Assembly (NCBI GenBank): GCA_965221525.1
Contig: CBDCSG010000008.1
Coordinates: forward strand, 775,857 to 839,856
From: Acidimicrobiales bacterium
Lineage (GTDB): Bacteria > Actinomycetota > Acidimicrobiia > Acidimicrobiales > CATQHL01
Reading direction: 5' to 3'
DNA length: 64,000 bases
The translations under genes and the position numbers were made by a program. Within the stretch, counting starts at the first letter, position 1, and every line of letters begins with the position of its first letter. Positions 19,085-27,460 of the stretch are shown piece after piece. The notes beneath the pieces were generated by a model. That model did no database searches. It saw nothing but the letters and a program-made list of their open reading frames with translations, and was not told the origin of the DNA.

Positions 19085-20483
19085 GGCTCTTCAGATTTGA
19101 GCGGGCACTGGGTCCGCGAGCGGCGGGGTGGGGGCCTCCAGAATCGGGTTTGACACACACCGATTCGGAGGAGGACCCCGGTGGAGGAGAACCCTACGCG
19201 CGTCTGTGAGCTGTTGGTTGGTCTGGGCGATGTGGAGGTCCTCGGCGTCGACGACAAGGCCGCCGGACCGCTGGCGTTGCACATCCGAACGCGGCGCCGG
19301 CCGGCGTGTCGGGGCTGCGGTGGGGCGGTGTGGCCCAAGGGAACTAGCCCGGTGAGCTTGGTGGACCTGCCCGCCTTCGGGCGTTCGGTGCGCCTCATCT
19401 GGCACAAGTGGCGCTGGCGCTGCCCGATGACGAGTTGTGGGATCGGTTCGTTCACCGAGATCGATGAGCAGATCGCGTCGGCGCGCGCCGCGTTGACGGC
19501 GCGAGCGGGCCGCTGGGCGACCTTGCAGGTCGGACGGGACGCCCGTCCCGTCGCCGACGTGGCCGCTGAGTTGGGCTGTGACTGGCACACGGTCAACCCG
19601 GCGGTGGTTGCCTGGGGCGAGGCGCTGCCGGCCGCCGATCGTGACCGGGTGGGCGCCGTGGAGGCTCTCGGTCTCGACGAGACCCTGTTCGGCCGTTGTG
19701 GTCCCTGGCGGCGACGCGCCTGGTGCACCTCGATCGTGGACGTCGCCAGGCCAGTTGCTCGACATTGTCCCCGGTCGCGACGCCGAAGCTCCGATCGGGT
19801 GGCTGTTGGATCAGCCCCAGGCGTGGTGCGACGGCATCAACTGGGGCGTGTTGGATCTCTCGGGGGCGTATCGGCGCAGCTTCGAGGTGGCGCTGCCTCA
19901 CGTCGGCCAGGTCGCCGATCTGTTCCATGTCATCCGCCTGGCGAATAACAGCATCGACGAGGTGCGCCGACGGGTGCAGAACGACACTCTGGCCACCGCG
20001 GCCGCAAACACGACCCGCTGTGGCGGGCGCGGCGGCTGTTGATCTCCGCCCATGGGCGTCTCAGCGAGCGTGGCGACGCCAAGCTGCGGGGCCTGCTCGC
20101 CGCCGGCGATCCCCGCGGCGAGGTCCGCCTGGCGTGGCACGCCAAAGAAACCCTCCGCGGCCTCTATGACATCGACTGCCCGCAGCTCGCCGGCGCCTAT
20201 CTCGGCGAACTCGCCGACGACCTCACCGGCACCGACTGCCCGCCCGAGCTGCGCCGCCTAGGCCGGACACTGGGCCGCTGGCACACCGCAATCATCAACT
20301 GGCACCGCGCCCGGGTCACCGACGGTCCCACCGAAGCCGTGAACAACCTCGTCAAACGCGTCAAGCGCGCCGCCGTCGGGTTCCGCCGCTTCGCCCACTA
20401 CCGCATCCGAGCGCTCCTCTACGCCGGCAAACCCAACTGGGCAATCCTCACCACCGTCACTCCCCGCTAATTTCCGAAGCGCC
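19085..20483 (+). mobile_element. ISL3-family insertion sequence (decayed)
   Basis: Imperfect terminal inverted repeats GGCTCTTCAGATTTGAG (left) and GGCGCTTCGGAAATTAG (reverse complement of right end). Contains the broken transposase. Confidence 0.65.
19181..20470 (+). pseudogene. ISL3 transposase with at least two frameshifts
   Basis: The product is split over three frames (19181-, 19578-, 20039-20470). Shifts lie near ~19740 and ~19985; GHRGRKHDPLWRARRLL is only readable after a shift. Confidence 0.8.
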
Positions 20484-20568
20484 AGTAATCGCCGCGATAG
20501 ATGCCGAGGGGCTCCGTTCTAGCGGAGTCTCAAGTCGGACCTTCGAGTAGCCGGAGTGACTTCAATCG

Positions 20569-21267
20569 TCAGTTCTCTTGCGGCAGCGACGGCGGAAGGT
20601 CACTGATGATGCGGGCGCTCTCGACCGAGACGTACACGAGCCGGCGTAGGTGACGGATCAAGTTGTAGGGCTCGTATGCCCAGGCTTCGCATTCGTTTGG
20701 GTCGTCGGTGATCCCTGATGGCTTGTCGTGCTTATGTCTGAGGCTGTCGATCGCCCACTGCAGCGGCGATCGTCCCGAGATCGTGTACTCGTGAGCGTCA
20801 TCCGGAATGCCCACGAGGCGACAGCGAGTGTTGATCTCGAGCACGCTGCGGTCCTGCGTTCGATTCGGCCCTCTGCCCCATGTGAGCTTCTCTATGCGGT
20901 AGGCGCGGGGATCGGTTGTCGGGTCGGCGGCCCCGTCGTTGTCGATTGAGCCGTCGAGATGACAATCCACCCTGTATTCGGGGACATCGTCGTAACCGAT
21001 GTGAAGGTCCATGAGCACGCGGCCCGCGGAGCGGAACGCCTCGAAGTCCGGCGCGAACGGCACCCTCGGCAGGTTCCGCTGTAGGTCGTGCTTGTACTTG
21101 TCGCGCCAGTCGGAGGCGTGCATTACGCCGTACAGATACTCCCAGATGTCGTCCTTCGTGATTTGGGGGCCATATCTGGTTTGGAATTGCTCCAAGCACC
21201 AATCTGTCACATTGTCGCCGCCATCCGCAGACGAGTCTGCCAAGCCGAAATCGAGAGTCTCGGTCAT
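20569..21267 (-). CDS. C-terminal part of the Type ISP R-M enzyme (specificity-domain portion), separated from the main ORF
   Basis: NVTDWCLEQFQTRYG...DIWEYLYGVMHASDWRDKY...NLPRVPF resembles the Type ISP C-terminal domain. ATG 21267 lies 8 nt after the TAG at 21278-21276. Confidence 0.6.
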   Translation of the reverse strand: MTETLDFGLADSSADGGDNVTDWCLEQFQTRYGPQITKDDIWEYLYGVMHASDWRDKYKHDLQRNLPRVPFAPDFEAFRSAGRVLMDLHIGYDDVPEYRVDCHLDGSIDNDGAADPTTDPRAYRIEKLTWGRGPNRTQDRSVLEINTRCRLVGIPDDAHEYTISGRSPLQWAIDSLRHKHDKPSGITDDPNECEAWAYEPYNLIRHLRRLVYVSVESARIISDLPPSLPQEN

Positions 21268-21275
21268 GACGGCGT

Positions 21276-21639
21276 CTACCCTTTTGCTCGGCTGCGGCGG
21301 ACGAACACACGCCCTGCCGGGTCCACGAGATGCAGGTCCGGGAGTTGACCTATCGCGATCGTGGCGAATGTGGTCCGAGTCGACGGACTGCTCACCATGA
21401 TCGCTTCCTCGGCGCGGCGCGGGACTGCTGGCCTGGCCCCATCGTGTGGAGATCGGGAAGTTCCGCCACTGCTAGAACGCCGAAGACCGACATGTTCGAT
21501 CGGCCGGTCACGATGATCGCCTCCGCGGGATGATTCGTGATGGCTGATTCGTTCCGGTTCCGCAGAGGTCGCTGACTCGCGAGCTGGCGAGAGTCCCGAA
21601 TACTGCCCTGTTGTTGGGAGCCGTGACCAGGATTGCGTC
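21276..21639 (-). repeat. Three tandem, diverged 116-nt units, each encoding the same ~35-aa module in a different reading frame
   Basis: Unit-initial D/E-A-I codons start at 21639, 21523 and 21407. Frame-specific stops sit at 21510-21508, 21394-21392 and 21278-21276, all exactly 116 nt apart. Confidence 0.85.
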
Positions 21640-24600
21640 GGTCGGTCGGTCGGTCGGTCGGTCGGTCGGTCGGTCGGTCGGTCGGACGGTCGGACGGACG
21701 GACGGACGGACGGACGGACGGACCTTCGTGCATAGTATTCTCATCCACTGGGGTACTCGGGAAGAGTGCTGTCGATGCTTTGCTTTGGGAGAGGATGCGG
21801 TCGTCGTCATATAGCCAAAGTGTGACGAATGGGCGGTACAACACCTTTCGGATGCGCTCAGGCGAGTACGTGATCCTGTCTTTGCGCTTGAGCGACTGTT
21901 TCAGGGTCGCTGTCCACTTGATCGAATCCAGACTGTCGTTTCGTGTTAGGAGATCAAGGCTCCTTCTGTTTTCGACGTACTCGCGTCGGGCTGCTTCATA
22001 TGCGGAGATTAGTCTTGTAAGTTTGGCTTCGAGTGCATCGCGACTGAACGCGTATACATAGGTGTCGCAACTTGTGGCGACACCGCGGGCGTTGACTCGA
22101 ACTGCGGCTGTCGCGCCGTGGTCGTCGCTGGGCAGACACACCGGTATTGGCAATTCGGCGAAGCTTCCATCTGTGACATTCACCCAGTCATGCTGGTCGT
22201 TGACCGCGACTTTCTTGAACAGATCGTTGCTAATATCTCCGAGATCGTTCAGCCATTGGAGTTTCTCATCAAGCCTTGAGTACGGCGGAACTTCGGTGTA
22301 GTGCAGAGTTGCGTTGTTGGGTCCGAGGCGTTTGGGGTCGCGGACGAGGACTGTGACCTGCACCCCGTTGCGAGAGTGCTGACCAAAGAGCTTGTCGCCC
22401 TCCATTCGATTCTCTTCTCCGGACTTCATAGCGTCACCGCGGAGGTTGATTACGTAGATGTCGCTGAACTCATCCCGCAGGGCCGCTCGCACACCGGTCA
22501 GTGACGGAGCATTCGACAGCGAGTTCGGGTGTACAAGGGCGATGATGCCGGGCTTCTCTCCGTCGTCAGTGGACTGCTGGACTCGGTCGGATGCCCACCG
22601 AAGCGCCTCGATGTAGAGGTTGCCAGCGGCGGGACCCATGCCGACCCCGGTGATCTCTCTGTGCTTCACACCGTAGGTCTCTCGTACGCGCTGTTCGATC
22701 TCGGGGTATTCGATGTTGGGGTTGTCGTCGCCTGATGACCTTTGTCCTGATGACCATGGCGGATTGGTGAGAATTACTCGGATGGGTAGCTTGTTCTGGG
22801 TCCGGGCGCGGGCGGAGTTGTCGTCGAACCCTGGGATGCTGCCTTGGCGCGCGTCGCCGCTGAAGGTATCGCCGAAGACGATGCCGCGGTATTGGCGATA
22901 GTTGGCGTCGAGTCCGCGTTCGGCGGCGGCGGCTTCGATCTTGAGGGCGGCGATGTAGTATGCGAGCAGCACGATCTCGTTGGCGTGTAGCTCGGGCGGC
23001 GCGCAGTCTTGGTGAGCACCTCCGCTGGCGCAGGCGCCCGGAGAACCGTGGCGACGGAATCCGCTGTACTTGCGGATGAGGTCGCCGTCCTCAATGAGTG
23101 GACTGCCGTCGGTTCTCGCGCCGGTGAGCAGGCGGTGTAGGAATGTGCCGGTGCCGGTAAACGGGTCGAGTATGTGGACGTTCTCGCTGGTGAGGCCGTG
23201 GCCGAAGTGTTTGCGGCAGGCTGCGTCGGCAGAGCGCAGCATAAAGTCGACGATCTCGACTGGGGTGTAGACGATTCCGAGCCGGGTGACGGTGGACTTC
23301 ATTGCGTGTGTGAAGAATCCTTCGTAGATCTGCCGGAGCAGGTCGACGGTTTCCGCTGCGCTGTGGGTACTTGCGAGCATTCCTTGCATGGTGCGGTAGC
23401 TGCGCGCGAGGGGTACGAGTAGGTCGCCGAATACGCGGTCAGCGCTGGACGCGTCGGGGTCTGTAGTGGAGGGGGCGTGGGCGTCGGCGAGCGCGTTGAG
23501 GAACCGGTTGATTGCTCGGGAGATCGGGTTGCGGGCGGCAAATTGCGCGTCGGCGAACAGGTGGTCGAACACAGGGATCGTGACGACATGGTGTGCGACC
23601 ATTTGCTGCGCTTCGGTGTGTGTGAGGTGCGTTCCGACGGCTTGGCGCATGGCGGCCACGAACTCTTCGAACGCCGCCTGGCAGGACGGCTCGGCGATCA
23701 GGGCGGCGGTCTTGCGTTCCACGCGGGCGCATACTTCGGCGGCGCGCTGTCCCCAAGTGGGCCACATCTGGCGGTCGCCGCATTCTTCGACGATCTTGGA
23801 GGCGACCGCTTCTTCGAGCCGTCTCACGACGCGAAGGCGGAGTTCATCTTGGTCGCCGAAGTCGCCGTCGGGGACGATCTCGGGGTCCTCGGGTCTCGGG
23901 GGCTGGATGATGATCGGCGAGGCAACCCGCGGGTTGTTGACCCAGTAGTCGACGCGTTCGTCGTGGCTCCGCAGAGCGCGCACCACCTCCCAGACAGCTT
24001 TGAAGTCGCTGCTGTCGAGTACTTCGGCGTCGGTCATCTCGGAGCCTTCGGGCACGATGACAGGGATGACGACGTAGCCGAAGTCCTTGCCTTCGGCTTT
24101 GCGCATGGCGCGTCCGACGGCTTGGGTCACCTGCACGGGGGAGCGGCGGGGCTCCAGGAAGACCACAGCGTCGAGCGCGGGCACGTCCACGCCTTCGGTG
24201 AACAACTGGGCGTTGCTGATCACGCGGCCCCGGGGCGGGCCTGTGGTGTCGCGACTTTGGCGTTCGAGCGCGCTGAGCGCCTCTGAGCGCGCCACGGCGC
24301 GTGTGGTGCCGTCCACGTGGTCCACGTCGAGGCCGAGGAACCGGCGGCCGGTGTTGGCTTGGCGGACATCGGAGGCGATGGCCTCCCACAGCCGGCCCTC
24401 CAGGCCCTCGTCGGCGAAGTACGCGTCCTCCGAGCACGCCTGGGAAGACCTGACCGTGTTGGTGAACGCAATCGCAGTGCGCAGATGCCGATGCGCTGCG
24501 TCGTCAGGAATCTCGCCCGCGACGGTGCCCGGAGCGCGAATCTCGCTGGTGGGTGTGGCCATGGCGTCCCAACAGCCAAGCAACTTGGTGGCGTAATCGG

Positions 24601-25963
24601 AGTCCACCTTGGCTTTGCGGGCGCGATCCGACGCTGTGATCTCGGTGACACGCTTGCCGGCGCCGTGCATCGCGGCTTCTCGCTCGTTGACCCCGACGAC
24701 CAGCACTCGATAGTCCGAGATGAGGTCACGCTCGATGGCCTCCACGAAGCTCATCTCATAGAAGACCGGCCCGAACACCGACTCGTCGTCCATCGAATAC
24801 GAATCGCCCGCCGCGCCGGGCTCCGCCGTGGCGCGTTCTTCGATCTTGCGGCGCTGCCGCTCGGTGAACACCCGCGGCGTCGCTGTCTGATACAGCCGCT
24901 TCAGTGCGGGCACGTGCTCATCGCGATGGACCATCACGAACGCCGACGCCGCCGCTTCCTTGCTCGCCGCGCCGATCCCCGTCGTGCGATGCGCCTCGTC
25001 GCAGACGACAAGCTCGAACACGACCTCGGGTGCGTGCTCCGCGAGCACCTCCGACAGCAGCGGCACCGACTGGTACGTGCAGAACCACACATGCATCGCC
25101 TCATCGGTCACCGGCGACTGCAGAGCTTCGGTGATCTGTTCCCGATTCGTGCTCGGCGGAGCGAGCAACTCAGCGAGATCCGACTTGGTGGCGCTGGCGC
25201 GCCGACCGGCAGTCACGTCGGAGCACACCGCGCCGTAGCGATGCGGCACCGACCGCTGCGCTGCCCAGACCCGCATCGTCTGGGCCATCAACGCGATCGA
25301 CGGCACCAGATACAGCACCCGCCCGCCCCGGCCGGCCTGCTGCTCAGCGGCCCACAGCGCGACCAGCGACTTGCCGGTGCCGCACGGCATGTGCACCTGC
25401 CCCCGGTCGTGCTCCTCGAAGCCCTTGGCGATCTTCTCCAGCGCCTCGACCTGGTCGCTGCGAGGTTCGGCGCGCTCGCCGAACTCCACGGCGTCAGGAT
25501 CCTCGAAGCACTCCGACCAACGCACCGGCCAGCGATCCAGCTCGTAGCCGCTGAGCACCTCGCAACGCTTGGTCGCCCTCTCGACCTTGCTCCACGACTG
25601 CGCCGTCAACCCACCGGTGCTCACCAGCAGACTGCTTGTGAACGGCTCCTTGCCCGCCTCCGCCAGGAAGCTGTCGATATCGCTGCTGGGCACCTTCGCG
25701 CCCGCCCCGTACAACTTGCACTGGATAGCGCACACCCCACCGCCAGACTCCTCCGCGACGAGGTCCGCACCCGAATCGGGGCCGTAGCCGAACCGGGCGC
25801 GGCCCGGCCAGTCCGCCCACAACCACACCCGTACGAAACGATCGCTGTACTGCGGATTCCGCTCAAACGCCGCACGCATCACCCGCTCGAAGATGCGGCC
25901 CCGCTCCTGTGGGGAGTCGCTCACTCGCTTCAGGGCCTTGAAGACTTCAGGCTCGAAGAGCAT
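21392..25963 (-). CDS. Type ISP restriction-modification enzyme (Mrr-like nuclease + SF2 helicase-like ATPase + N6-adenine methyltransferase), main ORF in the present repeat state
   Basis: Nuclease GADLVAEE...AIQCK. Helicase motifs HMPCGTGKS, VVCDEAHR, QTATP, QAVGRAMR. MTase motifs ILDPFTGTGTFL and NPPW. YRPF... begins the C-terminal domain. Start probably ATG 25963 (MLFEPEVF); the ORF track begins at 26104. Confidence 0.8.
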   Translation of the reverse strand: MLFEPEVFKALKRVSDSPQERGRIFERVMRAAFERNPQYSDRFVRVWLWADWPGRARFGYGPDSGADLVAEESGGGVCAIQCKLYGAGAKVPSSDIDSFLAEAGKEPFTSSLLVSTGGLTAQSWSKVERATKRCEVLSGYELDRWPVRWSECFEDPDAVEFGERAEPRSDQVEALEKIAKGFEEHDRGQVHMPCGTGKSLVALWAAEQQAGRGGRVLYLVPSIALMAQTMRVWAAQRSVPHRYGAVCSDVTAGRRASATKSDLAELLAPPSTNREQITEALQSPVTDEAMHVWFCTYQSVPLLSEVLAEHAPEVVFELVVCDEAHRTTGIGAASKEAAASAFVMVHRDEHVPALKRLYQTATPRVFTERQRRKIEERATAEPGAAGDSYSMDDESVFGPVFYEMSFVEAIERDLISDYRVLVVGVNEREAAMHGAGKRVTEITASDRARKAKVDSDYATKLLGCWDAMATPTSEIRAPGTVAGEIPDDAAHRHLRTAIAFTNTVRSSQACSEDAYFADEGLEGRLWEAIASDVRQANTGRRFLGLDVDHVDGTTRAVARSEALSALERQSRDTTGPPRGRVISNAQLFTEGVDVPALDAVVFLEPRRSPVQVTQAVGRAMRKAEGKDFGYVVIPVIVPEGSEMTDAEVLDSSDFKAVWEVVRALRSHDERVDYWVNNPRVASPIIIQPPRPEDPEIVPDGDFGDQDELRLRVVRRLEEAVASKIVEECGDRQMWPTWGQRAAEVCARVERKTAALIAEPSCQAAFEEFVAAMRQAVGTHLTHTEAQQMVAHHVVTIPVFDHLFADAQFAARNPISRAINRFLNALADAHAPSTTDPDASSADRVFGDLLVPLARSYRTMQGMLASTHSAAETVDLLRQIYEGFFTHAMKSTVTRLGIVYTPVEIVDFMLRSADAACRKHFGHGLTSENVHILDPFTGTGTFLHRLLTGARTDGSPLIEDGDLIRKYSGFRRHGSPGACASGGAHQDCAPPELHANEIVLLAYYIAALKIEAAAAERGLDANYRQYRGIVFGDTFSGDARQGSIPGFDDNSARARTQNKLPIRVILTNPPWSSGQRSSGDDNPNIEYPEIEQRVRETYGVKHREITGVGMGPAAGNLYIEALRWASDRVQQSTDDGEKPGIIALVHPNSLSNAPSLTGVRAALRDEFSDIYVINLRGDAMKSGEENRMEGDKLFGQHSRNGVQVTVLVRDPKRLGPNNATLHYTEVPPYSRLDEKLQWLNDLGDISNDLFKKVAVNDQHDWVNVTDGSFAELPIPVCLPSDDHGATAAVRVNARGVATSCDTYVYAFSRDALEAKLTRLISAYEAARREYVENRRSLDLLTRNDSLDSIKWTATLKQSLKRKDRITYSPERIRKVLYRPFVTLWLYDDDRILSQSKASTALFPSTPVDENTMHEGPSVRPSVRPSDRPTDRPTDRPTDRPTDRRNPGHGSQQQGSIRDSRQLASQRPLRNRNESAITNHPAEAIIVTGRSNMSVFGVLAVAELPDLHTMGPGQQSRAAPRKRSW
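21637..21720. repeat. Tetranucleotide microsatellite (GTCG)12-GACG-GTCG-(GACG)7, 21 units
   Basis: Direct count in the sequence, 84 nt. Translated in the main ORF as PSVRPSVRPSDRPTDRPTDRPTDRPTD. Confidence 0.95.
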
Positions 25964-26203
25964 CCCCTGAGCCGGCTGCCCGCCCGCGCCTTCGGTCGTC
26001 GTGTGCACCGCTACCACTGTCCGCCTTCTCGCTCTGCCCCGATGTTCAAGATCTCGGAGTCTCACCGTGCCCTGGTGGTTGCCGGATTCCTGTCGGGCAC
26101 GCAACGGTAGCAGCGCGGTTGACCTGGGACCCGTAGGAGCGACCGAGACGACGGGGGCCGGTAAGCGGAAAGCGCGCTGCCGCCCACCGGCCCACTCAGG
26201 AGA

Positions 26204-27460
26204 CTAGGGGGCCCTCGGTGTCGTGATTTGGTAGTTCGCAGGTGCGTGACTCGGGCTTGGGCAGAAGGTTCGAAAATCACATGCCGCACAAGTTGCGTCA
26301 TCACGACAGTTGGGAGACCACGAGCCGAGAATGTCCTGACCGTCGGCTTCTGAAACGATGTCTTCCTCAATCCGCCGAACGACATCGTCGAACTTCTCGA
26401 GAGCTACTTCGACACTGTCGGAAGAAATCGGGATCACCCTGATCGCGCGACGCAGACGGTAGTCAAGCGACAATTGACTGGTCCCTTCCCCGCGCCTCCA
26501 TCGTCGAATCACGCGTTCATCAGCCGAACCCTGCGCGGGAATCACGTCTGTTGTGCCACGCTCAATCCCTTGCTTGAGCTTGACCATCTCCTCGTCGCCT
26601 GGCGACAACTCGTTGATGTAGATCAAGACCCCAGCCGCGACTTGGGGAGCGGAAGGTTGACGCCGCCGTAGCCACGCATATGTCTGGATCTGCCACTCTC
26701 CCTGTTCCCAGTAACTCTCATCGACGAGAGGCCGTCGAGTTCCCTTGTAGTCAACGATCACTTCGAACTCGCCACTTAGCTCTGGGCACAAGGTCCGGAT
26801 CTGTCGACAAATCGGATTCTCGTCTGAATCGGTCGATAGACTGACGTTGGTCAACACATCGATGACGCCGTGCACCTCGTAGTTTTCACAGCGTAGCTCT
26901 ACGGCGCTTTGGCCGACCCTTCGAGTACCGATTACCTGCTGCTCGGCATCTACAATCAGCGGAAACAGATGGGGTCCAAGTTGATTAACGGCATGCTCGA
27001 CCCGTTCGTACGCTGAGTCTCGAGCCGCCGTACTCCGAGCCTGTTTTCCTTGCCTCTGTAACGCCTGCTCGACCGTATCGGCAAATCGCCCGATGTCGTG
27101 GTCGATCCATGCAGGCGGATCCGCACCCCATGGACGTGGCGTACATGGCCAGGGAAAGCTAGGGACCTCGGCTCCTGTCGCTTGTTGATCGGACCAGAAG
27201 CGATAGGCCATCTCAAGTGTTCCGTGCAAGAACTCCCCGAACCACAACTGCACCGGTCGTGACGGGGGAAGTGCGCTGCCGTTGTGATAGCGGTACTGCA
27301 GCCGGCATCGAAGATATGAGAGGAGATCACCCGTGAGCGAATACGATGGAACGATGTGATCAGCAGACTTACGTTGCAGTTCCACTTCTAAATCTCCAAG
27401 AATGGTGTCGATACTGTCACAGGCGGCCTCCTGTGGTCGTGAGGCTGTTGCCACGACCAA
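26204..27460 (-). CDS. Cas4/AddB-like PD-(D/E)xK nuclease with 4-Cys (Fe-S type) cluster
   Basis: GVIDVL..., VIVDYKG (D-x-K), QIQTYAWL (QxxxY). N-terminal Cys (LRCRL) plus C-terminal CAACDFRTFC (CX2CX5C). Alternative GTG start at 27385 with a GGAG RBS, 2 nt after the helicase stop. Confidence 0.65.
   Translation of the reverse strand: MVVATASRPQEAACDSIDTILGDLEVELQRKSADHIVPSYSLTGDLLSYLRCRLQYRYHNGSALPPSRPVQLWFGEFLHGTLEMAYRFWSDQQATGAEVPSFPWPCTPRPWGADPPAWIDHDIGRFADTVEQALQRQGKQARSTAARDSAYERVEHAVNQLGPHLFPLIVDAEQQVIGTRRVGQSAVELRCENYEVHGVIDVLTNVSLSTDSDENPICRQIRTLCPELSGEFEVIVDYKGTRRPLVDESYWEQGEWQIQTYAWLRRRQPSAPQVAAGVLIYINELSPGDEEMVKLKQGIERGTTDVIPAQGSADERVIRRWRRGEGTSQLSLDYRLRRAIRVIPISSDSVEVALEKFDDVVRRIEEDIVSEADGQDILGSWSPNCRDDATCAACDFRTFCPSPSHAPANYQITTPRAP

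Noticed and set aside
21637-21720. Possibility that the tetranucleotide tract is an assembly or sequencing artefact.
   Set aside because: I cannot exclude this without reads. However, the tract is interrupted in an ordered way (GTCG block then GACG block), is in frame, and is followed by the precisely phased 116-nt units, so I kept it as a real feature.
25964-26104. 47-codon N-terminal extension of the Type ISP ORF.
   Set aside because: The Arg-rich peptide is unlike the nuclease domain. The internal ATG at 25963 gives a sensible N-terminus. Not decisive without homologue alignment.
24317-26110. 597-aa plus-strand ORF antisense to the Type ISP gene. Similar long shadow ORFs occur at 55941-57848 (-), 11528-12775 (+), 45635-46669 (-), 59401-60948 (+), 46788-47807 (+), 47581-48912 (+) and 61154-62116 (-).
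   Set aside because: They are Arg/Gly/Pro/Ala-rich with no recognisable motifs, and they lie opposite genes with clear family signatures. These are typical high-G+C antisense open frames.
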